DNA of 60,129 bases, filler included, from Pirum gemmata (Eukaryota), in assembly GCA_002812295.1 (NCBI GenBank). It is 13 parts of 13 records of this genome, joined end to end, with 100 filler letters (N's around TTAATTAATTAA, not from the genome) between each part and the next. Parts side by side here need not be neighbours in the genome. Positions count along the whole stretch, not along the records: positions 18,467 to 23,003 come from PDIN01001091.1; positions 23,104 to 27,658 come from PDIN01001092.1; positions 27,759 to 32,261 come from PDIN01001093.1; positions 32,362 to 36,893 come from PDIN01001094.1; 9 more parts are not named here. One strand, given 5' to 3'. A program made the translations under genes and the position numbers. Positions 21,295 through 34,359 of the stretch are shown in pieces. Numbering within the stretch: the first letter of the stretch is position 1; every line of letters starts with the position of its first letter. A model generated the notes under the pieces. The model had not been told where the DNA came from and did no database searches. It was given only the letters and a program-made list of their open reading frames with translations.

Positions 21295-23502
21295 TACGAA
21301 CTACACAGTGGATTTACAACAAGTATCGTTTATCTTTTTCACAACAAGAAAAATTATATAAATTTAGTCATTGAAGAACAGATACAAACCTGAATCCTGA
21401 TACAAAAAAAAAAAACATAATTTCAGTGGTTCTTTCAGTTATTGAATCTTTATATTCAGTAATAAAAGTCTTGATGAAGATCTCTTTTAAAAAATAAAAA
21501 AGTAACATAGGTCTACAAAAAATTATAAAAATTTTGTATAGTAGTAAAAGCATGTAATTAAAAAAAATTTCTAATAAAATCGTACGTAAAAATTGAAATA
21601 AATTATAAATAATAAAATAATAATAATATAATAATAATAAAATAATAAAATAATACGATAAAACAAAATAAGAAAATAAGAAAATAAGAAAATAATATTA
21701 TAATATTTATTTATAAAACAAAATAATAATATTAATAATAAAAAAAAAACAATAAATAAATAACAAAATAACCAAAATCAAAATCATAATAATTATTATT
21801 ATTACTATGTTGCTTTTACGATATTATGATGCGAGTAATTAAAAAAAATATTAATATTAATATGAACAATTCTTTGTAATAATTAACTTTTAAATATGCA
21901 CAGAATTGAACCAGCAAAGAAAGACTGCGAATTTTCTCATTATGAAAAATATGTGGGAGAATAATTGTTTTTTGACTGTTTTTGACACTTTGCGAAGTGA
22001 AAACAATAAGAACAAAGTCATACAGAAATTTGTCAAAGTTTGGTGCTTTTGTACACTTTTTGTTCTCAAACGAACAAGCAAATATTTTTAGGCATACAGA
22101 GATATCAAAACAGTGTCAAAACAGCTGTCAAAACCCAAAAAAATAAGACATCATAATTGTAAAGCTACTAACTATCATAATTATCATAGCTAGCTAGCTA
22201 TTACAGCCCCAGGCTCCTCTAGCTAGCTAGCTCTGTGGAAGAAAGTCTGTCGGAGTCTGCCCTCATCAAGACCGCAGATATTTCCATAATAAGATATTAC
22301 TTCCAAAAAAAACCGAAAAGATCTTTTAAACTATATATGGCTTCTTTATATGTTAAAAAGGTAACAGGTAGGTTAATATTTCTATATATTATTGTGTGGG
22401 TTTTTTCGTAAATTGTAGTAGCTGGGCTTTTCTTTTCAGTTTTATTTATCATATTTATGATAATAGACACTATTTTTATTTTAGACCTACTAGCGAGCTA
22501 GCTAACTAGCTACTAGAGTAGTATGATAGTCTATCATAGTCTAGCTAGCTAGCTAGCTAGTTAGTGCTTTTCAGTTTACATAAATTTTGTTATCATAAAA
22601 TATGCAATAAATGGTACCAAATTAATACAATATAAATCCATTTAATTTAATTTGGTATATTTTATTATCTATTCATTGATTTAAAATGTCAATTAAAAGA
22701 TTATAACCTTCCAAATAAATATTCAGAGTGCAAAATAAATGAAAACGACTATCAGTAGCTAGCTAGCTAGCTATGGTATGATACCGGTGGTGTGATGGCC
22801 AAAGACCCTTTTTCCCTACCCTTTTTCTTGGGGTCTTTGGCTCTTTGCTATGGCTCAAAAAATCTGAAAAAAAATATGACAAGAAAACTACTGATATAAT
22901 ATTATGATACTACACTCTACCCAGTATACTCTACTGGTAGTGCTACTATAATAATTATTATTATCTCTGTATTTTCTATATTATTATTATTATTATTATT
23001 ATTNNNNNNNNNNNNNNNNNNNNNNNNNNNNNNNNNNNNNNNNNNNNTTAATTAATTAANNNNNNNNNNNNNNNNNNNNNNNNNNNNNNNNNNNNNNNNN
23101 NNNTAATCTTTAATTTGACACATTTTAAATCAATATATAGATAATAAATTATACCAAATTAAATTAAATGGATTTATATTATATTAATTTGGTACTATTT
23201 ATTATATAGTTTATGATGACAAAACAACTGAAAAGCACAATTTAAATATTATAACCAACCAAATAAATATTCGGAGCGACAAAATCACAAAATCAAGACA
23301 AAATCAACAGTCTACTAAAATCAACAGTCTACTAGCTAGCTAGAGAGTCTAGCTAGCTAGGTCTAGCTAGAGTAAAAAAAAAAGATGATTGCACTAGACT
23401 AGCTAGCTAGCTAGCTAGACTAGCTACTAGTACTCTACTAGTGCTCTACTAGTCTACTAGCTATAGCTAGTCTACTAGTAGCTAGCTGGCTGTGATATGA
23501 TA

Positions 23503-23685
23503 GTGCTTTTTAGCTGTTTTGTCATCATGAAATATACAATAAATAGTACCAAATAAATAAAATATAAATCCATTTTATATATATTGGTATATTTTATTAT
23601 CTATGTATTGATTTAAAAATATCAATTTAAAGACTATAACCCTCCAAATAAATATTTAGAGTGACAAAATAAATGAAAAGCACGA
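23503..23685. mobile_element. MITE family A (TIR GTGCTTTTCA / TGAAAAGCAC, TA-flanked), one of the most abundant repeats here
   Basis: ~185-bp repeat with core ACCAAATTAAATGAAATGGATTTATATTGTATTAATTTGGTAC. Full or partial copies near 450, 1130, 22564, 23104, 26113, 26316, 27759, 28940, 30230, 33928, 34606, 34830 and 58158. Confidence 0.85.
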
Positions 23686-24091
23686 TAGGTCTAGCTAGCT
23701 ACTAGCTAGAGGGGAACAGAGAGTGTACAGAGTATGATATCAGATAGTCTAGCCTCTATGACGTCATTTTTAAAGTTCGAATGATTTTTCGAAATTTTAT
23801 TTTGTTTTTTCAAGGTTTTTTTTATTATTAAAAAAAAAAATTTTAAACTAGGTCTATTATGAATCTATGATATGTCATAATCGAAAAAAAAAAAGAATGA
23901 CATCCTGTGAAACTTTCTCCCCTACCTAGCTAGACTTTATCCCTTATCTTCGACCAATAAAAGCAACCCATAGTATGAAAGGGGGTCTTCTGAGTCCTGA
24001 CCCTAGCTAGTAGCTAGCTAGCTAGCTAGCAGTAGTCCTGAGCTCTCCTCCCTCGTGTGTGTGGGTGACTGGTAGAGCTAGCTAGCTGTGA

Positions 24092-24870
24092 TCGCCCTAA
24101 CCATAACCCTAACCCTAACCCTAACCCTAACCCTAACCCTAACCCTAACCCTAACCTTAACCCTAACCATTACCATAACCATAACCATAACCATAACCAT
24201 AACCATAACTACTCTAACTAAAACTATAACCATAACCATAACTACCCTAACCCTAACCATAACCATAACCATAACCATAACCATAACCATAACCATAACC
24301 ATAACCATAACCATAACCATAACCATAACCATAACCATAACCATAANAACCATAACCATAACCATAACCATAACCATAACCATAACCATAACCATAACCA
24401 TAACCATACCAACCCTACCCTAATAACCCTAACCATAGCCCTAACCCTTACCCTAACCCTAACCCTAACCCTAACCCTTACCCTAACCCTAACCCTTACC
24501 CTAACCCTAACCCTAACTAACCCTAACCCTAACCCTAACCCTAACCCTAACCCTAACCCTAACCCTTACCCTTACCCCAACCCTAACTAACCCCAACCCT
24601 AGCCCTAACCCTAACCCTAACCCTAACCCTAACACTAACACTAACACTAACCCAACTAAGCCTTTATATAACCTTATTTAAAACTAACCCTAGGCCTAAA
24701 CCTATCCCTAATAACCCTTAACCCTAGCTAGGTCCCAACCCTAATAACCCTCAACTCTAATAACCCTCGACCCTACTAACCCTCAACCCTACTAACCCTC
24801 AACCCTACTAACCCTCAACCCTAATAACCCTCAACCCTAATCCTAGCCTTAAACCCTAATCTTAACCATA
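24092..24870 (-). repeat. Compound telomere-like array: (CCCTAA)n, variant (CCATAA)n and a 15-nt AACCCTACTAACCCTC-type unit
   Basis: Direct reading. Confidence 0.92.
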
Positions 24871-25057
24871 ATAGCTAGCCCTCACCATTCTCTTCACTAC
24901 TACTATCAGGAGAAAAAAATAATACCGTACGCGTGTACGTGTGTACATACCCTCTATCAAAAATAATATTGTAATATTGTAATATCACCATACATCTCTA
25001 TCATGATCAACTTTAAAAAATCAATATCAAACTTAGCACAAGCTTAAGTATACAACG

Positions 25058-26010
25058 TGTCAGCATCAACATCAACAACATCATCAACATGCGCAACAAC
25101 ACCAGCAACAAAATCAACATCAACATCAATATCAGTACTAGTATTAGAATCAGCACCAGCACCAGCATCAGTATTCGTATCAACATCAAAGTCAGCATCA
25201 GCATCAGAGCAACAGCAACGGCAACAGAGCATCAGCATCAGATCATCAGCATCAGCATCAGCATCTGCACCAGTAACATCATCAGCATCAGCATCAGCAT
25301 CAGCATCAGTATCAGCCCCAGTAACATCATCAACATCAACATCAACATCAACATCAGCATCAGCATCAGCATCAGTATTAATATTAGTAATAGTAATAGC
25401 ATCAGCATTAGCATCAGCATTAGCATCAGCATTAGCATCAGCATTAGCATCATCATTAGTATTAGTATTAGCACCAGCATCAGCATTAGAATCAGTATCA
25501 GCATCAGCATCAGCATGACCTTCCACACCAGTACCAATTGCAAATCAGTTATCAAGATCAGCATCAAACATCATTGTCAGTACCAGTGTCAGTACCAGTG
25601 TCAGTATCAGTGTCAGTATCAGTAACCGCAACCGCAACCGCAACCGCATCTGTATGAGCATCAGCATCAGCATCAGCATCAGCATCAGCATCAGCATCAG
25701 CGTCAGTATTGGCATCAGCATGAACATCAACATCAGCACCAATTGCAACATCGATATCATTATCAACATAACAACATCAACATAACAACATCAACATCAA
25801 CATCAACATCAACATATCAACATCAACATATTAATATCAACATCAGCATATTCGCGTCAACATATTCGTATCAACATCAACACCCTAACCCTAGCCCTAG
25901 CCCTAACCCTAATTATAACTATCAGCATACATCAACATATTTAAACAAACATCAGCATCAATTAATATTTTAATTAACATCAGCATCAACATCAGTCATC
26001 AGCATCAAAA
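25058..26010. repeat. Degenerate hexamer satellite (GCATCA/ACATCA/GCATTA)n
   Basis: Direct reading; creates overlapping dipeptide ORFs in most frames. Confidence 0.88.
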
Positions 26011-26112
26011 TGAGAATAATTAGTTTTGTAATCAAATTCAAAATTTTGTAATCAAATTCAAAATTCAAAATTAAATTATTAGCTTCAAGTTAAAAGTGAG
26101 GTCCAATATATA

Positions 26113-26498
26113 TTGTGCTTTTCATTTATTTTGTCACTCTGAATATTTATTTGGGGGGTTTTAATTAATTAATTAAAACATTTAAATTGACATGTTTAAA
26201 TGAATATATAGATAATAAAACATACCAAATCAAATCAAATGGATTTATATGGCATTAATCTGGTACTCTTTATTGTATAGTATGTTTTATGATGACAAAA
26301 CCATTGAAAAGTATAGTGCTTTTCAGTTGTTTTGTCATTATAAAGTATATAATAAATAGTACCAAATTAATACAATATAAATCCATTTCATTTAATTTGG
26401 TATATTTTATTATATATTTATTTATTTAAAAGTATCAATTTAAATATTACAAACGACCAAATAAATATTTTGAATGACAAAATAAATGAAAACCACAA
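26113..26498. mobile_element. Inverted pair of family-A MITEs (~385-bp imperfect palindrome)
   Basis: Two copies in opposite orientation meet at about 26313. Confidence 0.82.
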
Positions 26499-27269
26499 TA
26501 TCATAATACTGACACGCTACCTTCTCAGACTACCTTCTGATAACCAAAATGTATAGACTAGACTCTATGATAATATATTATTATGATAATATTATGGAAG
26601 ACGGGTGCTGGTTAGACTCTACTGGGACACCCAGGCCTAGCTACTAGCCAAATTTTTAAAACATGTCTAGCTAGCATAGTTCTATCTAGCTAGCTTGCAT
26701 CTGTAGCTTGCATTGTCTAAGTTTTGTCTAGAGCCTACGTAAAAATAAAAAGTTCATTTCTGAGTATTTTTTTTTTTTTTTTACAGCCAAGCCAGATAAA
26801 AATTCGACATCCTGTAGTCTATGAGCTCAAAAAATCGGAAAAATTCGAAAAATCACAAAATACTCCAATTTTAATGAAAGTGCTACTAAAATTTGAGAAT
26901 AATATAACTATGAAAACTCTATAATATGAACCAATTACCAGTTTTTACAAATAATTTGGCTGGTTAGCGTTAAAGGTTTTTAGAAAAGAAGTCTATATTA
27001 AATATTAAAATTATTATTATTATTATTATTGTTAATTATTATTAATAATAATTATTATTTATTATTATTAATTATTATTATTGACTTCTAGTTTTTGCTC
27101 TACGGTTTTGTTTTTGTTTTAAAGTTTTGTTTTAATTTTTTCAAAGCAAACTATGGTACAGCGGAATGGTAAATTAGCAGAGCTAACTACACAGAAAAAG
27201 ATATATAACAATCTGAAAGTGCCAAACAAAATTTTTGGTTTTCAAGTTTAATAATATAGTAAATTCAAA

Positions 27270-27655
27270 ATGGATGTGATACTTCCCTGGGTAATCGCTT
27301 TATTATGTTTTTTTTGATTTATTTTTGTTATTTTTAATTGTTGTTTGTGTTATTTTTGTTAGGGTGGTTGCGGGGAGGTTCATTACTGGCATTTTTATCT
27401 CTTTAAGTTTTGGTTTTGGACTATGTGCTTTTGTTATCTTTTTCTTTGTTTGCTTGCTTGTTTGTTTCGTTTGTTATTTATTTATTTAATTTTTGTTATG
27501 CGCTGGTTAAATCGTGGAAAATATATTTACCAAACACTTTTTAATCGTGTGTATTTGTGTATTCAGTTGCGGTCTAACGATTGTGTTACTGTCCCAGTGG
27601 AGAATGCCGAGCAAATAAGTGATGCAGTAGCATTGTTTGAAATAATGGCCCACGC
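27270..27655 (+). CDS. 5' exons (27270-27290, 27567-27655) of a possible HOOK/girdin-type CH-like domain protein
   Basis: Spliced MDVILPW|LRSNDCVTVPVENAEQISDAVALFEIMAH resembles the WL......LSDGVAL.E(I/V) start of HOOK domains. Truncated by the contig end. Confidence 0.5.
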
Positions 27656-27758
27656 GTANNNNNNNNNNNNNNNNNNNNNNNNNNNNNNNNNNNNNNNNNN
27701 NNTTAATTAATTAANNNNNNNNNNNNNNNNNNNNNNNNNNNNNNNNNNNNNNNNNNNN

Positions 27759-28327
27759 TTAAATTGATACTTTTAAATAAATAAATATATAATAAAATAT
27801 ACCAAATTAAATGAAATGGATTTATATTGTATTAATTTGGTACTATTTGTTGTATATTTTATGACGACAAAATAGCTATTGAAGCTAGTACTGGGAAGTG
27901 AAGCTACTAGTACTAGTACTGGTAAGTACTGGCCTGACTATGACATCAATAGTAGTCTATGCTACTATAAGTAGTATGATAGAGTTTATTATGAAGTTCA
28001 TGAAATGATAGCTAGAAGTTATTGTGCTTTATCTGGTTGTTTATAATATTTAAATTGATACTTTTAAATAAATAAATATATAATAAAATATACCTATATT
28101 GTATTATGACGACAAAGAAGGATAGGCTAGTATCGTACGGTTTGTACCGCAGCCGCTACTGTATATTAGAGTATAATAGCTACAGCTTTGGCGCGCTACA
28201 GCTGTTGCAGATAGTATTCAGATAGGGGGTCTAAACCCTAAACCCTGGTCTATATACCGGTATATATGGTATTGCTGATGTGTTCGTGGAAGTGTGGCTA
28301 TGGTAGTCTATCGATAAAAAACCTGTT

Positions 28328-28376
<49 letters not shown>

Positions 28377-29400
28377 AAAAAAAAAAAAATTTTTTTTAAA
28401 AAATACTAAAACTTTACTATTACTGTAGCCTAATAAAGTATTTTATAAAATAAAAAGATCAGAATAAATATTTGTAGGGACAAGACTACCAAACTACTAC
28501 CAAAAACTACTACCATCGTACAAGCTAAAAATAACTATAAATAAAATGCCTCTAGCCAGTAGCTAGTAGTTAGCTAGTAGCTAGCTAGTACCTGTACCTA
28601 TAGTAGGCTCTAACCTCTAGCTAGCTAGCTAGCTAGTAGACCTAGCTAGTAGACTCGCTGTTAGTTAGACTTCTCCAACTTCTGCCAGGGCAGAAGTTGG
28701 CCAACTTCTGCCAGGGCAGAAGTTGGCCTTTTGCGAGAAATGACAAAATGGTGTTTTTCCTCTCTAACTCGATCAAAATTAAATTTTCAAACCTATGTAT
28801 TTATTAAAAAGCTTGAAAAATTAATTTCGAACAAACCAAACAGACAGAAATTCTGCTCGGCAGAAATCGAGCTTTTCGGGGCAGAAGGCATAAATTTAAA
28901 CTATTGATAATATCATAATATCATAATTATAGTATGATACTTTTCATTTATTTTGTCACTCCGAATATTTGTTTGGTTGTTTATAATATTTAAATTGATA
29001 CTTTTAAATAAATAAATATATAATAAAATATACCAAATTAAATGAAATGGATTTATATTGTATTAATTTGGTACTATTTGTTGTATATTTTATGACGACA
29101 AAATAGCTATTGAAGCTAGTACTGGGAAGTGAAGCTACTAGTACTAGTACTGGTAAGTACTGGCCTGACTATGACATCAATAGTAGTCTATGCTACTATA
29201 AGTAGTATGATAGAGTTTATTATGAAGTTCATGAAATGATAGCTAGAAGTTATTGTGCTTTATCTGGTTGTTTATAATATTTAAATTGATACTTTTAAAT
29301 AAATAAATATATAATAAAATATACCAAATGAAATAATGAAATGGATTTATATTGTATTATGACGACAAAGAAGGATAGGCTAGTATCGTACGGTTTGTAC
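27759..29400 (+). repeat. Near-identical ~400-bp direct repeat (27759-28147 and 28990-29400)
   Basis: Both copies share GAAGCTAGTACTGGGAAGTGAAGC...GTATCGTACGGTTTGTAC, and both abut assembly gaps. Confidence 0.85.
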
Positions 29401-30976
29401 NNNNNNNNNNNNNNNNNNNNNNNNNNNNNNNNNNNNNNNNNNNNNNNNNNNNNNNNNNNNNNNNNNNNNNNNNNNNNNNNNNNNNNNNNNNNNNNNNNNN
29501 NNNNNNNNNNNNNNNNNNNNNNNNNNNNAAAAAAAAAAAAAAACATAATAAAAAAAAAAAAAAAAAAAACTGACAGATAAAACTACAGAAATCATTTTTT
29601 TTTTTTAAAAAAAAGACTTCTTTTCTAAAAATCTTTAATGATAACTAGCCATATTATTTTTAAAAACCAGCCATTGGTTCATAATAGAGTTTTCGTAGTA
29701 AGAAAATTTCTAACCATTTGGTAGCACTTTAATTAAAATTGGGTTTTTTTGATATTTTTTGGATTTTTGAGCTCATCTGGATGTCGCCATTTTTATCCGG
29801 CTTGGCTAAAAAATAAAAAAAACTAGTAGATAGACTAGAGGATGTCGCCATTTTTATCCGGCTAAAAAATAAATAAAATAATAAATAAACAAAAAATAAA
29901 AATAATAAAAATAAAAACATTATATGGATAGCCTTTTTCTTTTACTAGACTATGATAGTCTATAAAATATCATATAATAGTGTCATATTATACTCATATT
30001 ATCATCATAGTTTGGACTCAGCAGTAGTAAAGTATCCGCGATAACGAAACGGTTATAACTTATAACAGAGCCACAACATGAACAACAACAAAAATAAAAA
30101 TAAAAACAACATTAATTAAAACAACAACAACAACAACAAAACAAAACCAAAACCAAAAACAAAAACAAAAACAAAAACAAAAACAACAAACAACAAACTG
30201 TCAACAACAACAACAAGAACTACAAGCACAAATTAAATGAAATGGATTTATATTTTATTAATTTGGTACTATTTATTGTATATTTTATGACGACAAAATA
30301 ACTGAAAAGCACTATAGTACTTTTAAACAACAGTAACAACAGTAACACTTTATAAGTTATAAGGACAATTATAGTAAACGCCTATACATATACCACCATG
30401 TGCAACAGTTACTGCAAAATAATCCCAGACAGTCATTCCTACTTTGATTATTTTATTATCACTGAATAACAGTATGCGTATTCACTATGTATGAAAGAGG
30501 GTGTATCAACAGTATACATACAACATAATGATGTATTGATTGAATACATCATAATATAATAATGGTGTGTATCCCTTCTTACCTATTTATATAAATAAGA
30601 AACTATGATAATTTATTGGAGATTCTGGCCTTTTCTACTATATACTGGCTAGCTACTAAGTACTAACTACTAGCTAGTAGTAGAATACAGAGTAGATAAA
30701 TATGATAGACTCTACTAGTAGGGGTGAGATGACGTCATTTTATTATTACCGAACAGCTGCCGGAACTTTTCCGATTTTTATGGTTTTTATTACTATTAAT
30801 GTTAATATTTTACTTACATTTACTATTTTAAGCTGTTTAACTGCTATTATTAGTAAAGAACACGGAACTAAGGTTGGCTCGATAATCATATGTTCGAAAA
30901 AAGTTCCAGTAGATATCTCACCCCTACTCTAGCTAGCTATCATAGCTACTAGTAGCTCTAGTAGCTAGTAGCTCTT

Positions 30977-31160
30977 GGTGCAAACAATTTAAAAACGTCC
31001 AACTTTTGGGGTTCATTAGAGTTTTCAATTTTCGAACATAAGTAATATAATAGATATTTAATAGATTTGAAATTTTCAAACATTAAAAAAAGAAAGATGT
31101 GACTTTTTTAATTAGTATCGTATGATAAAAAAAAGTTGGACGTTTTTAGTTTTTTTTGCT
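30977..31160. repeat. Dispersed TIR-like repeat (GTGCAAACAATTTAAAAACGTCCAACTT...AAGTTGGACGTTTTTA)
   Basis: Related copies at about 16140-16240 and 35960-36125. Confidence 0.65.
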
Positions 31161-31449
31161 TTCAATAGATACACACAGGGAGGGAGAGTTCAAATAATAG
31201 ACTACGTCAAGTCAAGGGGTAGGTAGGTAGATGGTATTTGACCGAAAATTAACGTCGAGGGGTATGTAGGTAGGGGTATTTGAAGCTGTATTTGGCTGGA
31301 AGTTGGCGTTACGTAGTAGGGTTAGGTTCTTTATGCTCTTGGACTCTCTCTCGGACTCCAGCTCCACCTAGCTATAGTAGCTACTAGTAGTAGCTAGCTA
31401 GCAGCCTAGTCTAGCTATCTAGTAGGAGCCTCTAGCTAGTAGCTAGTAG

Positions 31450-31607
31450 GGGAGCGCTCAAATAATACGTCACGTCAAAGGGTAGGTAGGTAGGTGGTAT
31501 GTGACCGTAAATTAACGTCGAGGGGTAGGTAGGTAGGGGTATTTGAAGCTGTATTTGACTGGAAATTGGTGTTACATATTATCATATGATAGCATTTGAA
31601 CGCACCC
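31450..31607. mobile_element. MITE family C copy (3-bp TSD TAG)
   Basis: TAG|GGGAGCGCTCAAATA ... ATTTGAACGCACCC|TAG with internal (GGTA)n repeats. Confidence 0.82.
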
Positions 31608-32649
31608 TAGCTAGCTAGTAGTCTCCCAGTAGGGGTTGAGATGACGTCATTTTATTATTACCGAACAGCTGCCGGAACTTTTCCGATTTTATGGTTTGTT
31701 ACTATTAATGTTAATATTATTACTTTAATTGGTATCTATTATAATTAAATTTACTATTTTAAGCTATTTAACTGCTATTATTACTAAGAAACACGGAACT
31801 AGGGTTGGCTCGATAAGCATCTGTTCGAAAAAAGTTCCGGTAGATATCTCACCAGTCACCCTTACATATTCCAATTTGTTTCTATACTTGTATTCAATTG
31901 GCCCTTCTTAATGGTAAAAGATGACATCTCATTTGACAATACCATAGTCATTTCTCCATTCGTTGAAAAAGTTTGGAAAATTTTAAATTTTTTAAAAAAA
32001 AAAATTTCCAAATGTGAAGAGAATAAATATATTTATTTTTTTATTTTTTTATCTGATTTATAAAAATATCTCACACTAGCTAGCTAGCTAATAATAATAT
32101 CAACTAGATTTATTTATTATTACTATAGGATTTATTTATCAAGTTTTTTTTTTTTTTTTTTTTTTTTTGACACATAGACTATCATTATCTAAAAAAATAT
32201 CTCAAGACTCAAGAGTGAAGAGTCACTGAAGACTGAAGACTCATTATTAGATAATAATTTANNNNNNNNNNNNNNNNNNNNNNNNNNNNNNNNNNNNNNN
32301 NNNNNTTAATTAATTAANNNNNNNNNNNNNNNNNNNNNNNNNNNNNNNNNNNNNNNNNNNNTTTTTTTTTTTTATATTATGATAGTCTATCATAATAATA
32401 TTATTATAATATAATTATACTTGACTTGACTCGTATTATTATGATAGACTATTTGCTCAACCCCCCACCCTCATTTCCGGTCAAATGCAGCTTCAAATAC
32501 CCCTGCCCACCTACCCTCGACGTTAATTTCCGGTCAAATACCACCTACCTACCTACCCTTTGACGTGAGTCACGTGACGTATTATTTGAACGTTCCCTTA
32601 CGCCACACTTTTAGGGTTAGGGTTAGTCGGTGGTGACGTAAGTTGATGG

Positions 32650-33148
32650 TGACGTAGAAGTCCTGTTGGGTTGAGTTACGGTAGGAGTTCGTAGCATGAG
32701 AGGGTCGTATCATTTAGTAATTGCCCTATAATTATTGTAGTTGATGGTATATTATATAATGTTTATCCTTGTAAACCTGTACATGTCCTTCGAAATCTTT
32801 TTGCTTTTAGTTTGTATGTAGACTACACGTGGTGATTGTATTTTGCATTGCTGTGTGATTGTTATGGTTGGCTTGGGTAAGATAGTTTGCAATCAAGTTT
32901 CCGGGACGTTTAATTATGCTGGTGGTGTTTGTCAATTCATAAAGGGTTTTGATAGTCACTTTGTTTAGTTTGGAGTTGTTAGTAACTAGTCTGTTGATGT
33001 CGTTTTGCAATATTTCGAATTTCTTTTGTATATAGTATTAAAATATTATTAATAACACTAGTTTTACTCATCATGATGATTGGTCGGGCTGATTGATCTG
33101 TGTTGGATTTTTATTTATGTTTTAACTAGAGTGCTAGCTAGTTGCTGC

Positions 33149-33230
<82 letters not shown>

Positions 33231-33592
33231 GCTCCCCAGTGTGTGCGTTTGATTTCATAAAGGAATTATTTTTTGTTGTTTGTTTTCTTAGTAGTTGCAG
33301 GCCATGTTTCTCAAAGTTCCAGTCCTTGTCAAGGGTGATGGCTAGCTAGGTGCACTGGGTTAGGGTCTCTTTGTATGGGGTGGTCGTGGTAATTGAGTTG
33401 GAGCTCGTATTTTCTTTTATCGGCACCAGCAGTGATTAGTAAGTAATTTGTTTTAGGTAAATTAAGTTTCTTACGCCATTTATCCATCCAAACAGCTATG
33501 ATATCGAGCATGTTTTGGGCGGCTAATTCAGCTTATTTTTTTGCTCATGTAAGTTCCGAAACCTGTAAGTTCATCTGCAAACAATTCTATTG
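32650..33592 (-). mobile_element. Degenerate non-LTR retrotransposon RT C-terminal fragment, interrupted by (TTG)n
   Basis: IELFADE..., QNMLDIIAVWMDKWRKKLNLPKTNYLLI, IQRDPNPVHL / ITLDKDWNFEKH, KFEILQNDINRLVT: RT domains 5-7 and thumb, with frameshifts. Confidence 0.75.
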
Positions 33593-33803
33593 TTAGGGTT
33601 AAAGTTGGGTTTAATTTAGGGTTAGGGTTAGGGTTAGGTTTAGAATTAGGGTTATAGTTATGGTTACGATCAGGGTTAGGGTTAGTAGGGTTAGGGTTTG
33701 GGGTTAGGGTTGAGTTAGGGTTAGAGTTAGGTTTAGAATTAGGGTTATAGTTATGGTTACGATCAGGGTTAGGGTTAGTAGGGTTAGGGTTTGGGTTAGG
33801 GTT
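33593..33803 (+). repeat. Degenerate (TTAGGG)n array with an internal duplication
   Basis: Direct reading. Confidence 0.85.
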
Positions 33804-34359
33804 ATCAATGTTGAAGTAGTAGTAGCTATTATACCTACTAGTACTGTAGCTAGTTAGTTAGAGTGTAGTAGTGGTTTACTACTACTAGAGCGTACACGTT
33901 AGGTGTCGATATTATGATAATATTACTGTGCTTTTCATTTTCTCACTCTGAATATTTATTTGGAGGGCTATAATATTTAAATGGACATTTTTAAAGCAAT
34001 ATATATATATAATAAAATATTCCTAATTAAATAAAATGGTAGTATTTATTATATATTTATTATTAAATGAAAAGCCAGCACTATAAATGACCGTAAACGT
34101 AAAAGAGAACGATGTTATTATAAGTCATTTTACTAATTGAAGGCTCTGGTACCAAAAGTTCGCCAAAATGAAATTTTTGTTATTCAAATTACTTTAAATA
34201 GTATAATAGATGCTATTAATAGAAGCTTCTAAAATAGTAGCTACTATTTATAGCTATATCAATACTATTTATGGTTACTGCGAAGTGGCGAATAGCAGTC
34301 GAATAGCCTTCCACTTCACCCCTCGGCCTTTTAAAAATGTTCGCAAAGGGGGTGCTCAC

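Noticed and set aside
24078..24436. MV/IT/LW dipeptide ORFs
   Set aside because: Translations of (CCATAA)n/(CCCTAA)n repeats.
25013..25973. Overlapping dipeptide ORFs (DA, SA, IS, ML repeats)
   Set aside because: Products of a hexamer satellite open in most frames; no complex coding sequence.
28674..28728. Tandem palindromic CCAACTTCTGCCAGGGCAGAAGTTGG units resembling CRISPR repeats
   Set aside because: Only two adjacent units, with no spacers and no cas genes; part of repeat family H in a eukaryotic genome.
27759..29400. ~400-bp direct repeats as possible LTRs of a TRIM-like element
   Set aside because: No TG...CA ends, PBS or PPT visible. The repeats consist largely of MITE-A pieces and both touch gaps, so tandem duplication or a scaffolding artefact is more likely.
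30702..30932. Recurrent small ORFs (30702, 31729, 40057; also 47135, 56128, 58646; and 34210) suggesting peptide families
   Set aside because: They are chance translations of MITE families D, C and E; indels between copies do not preserve frame.
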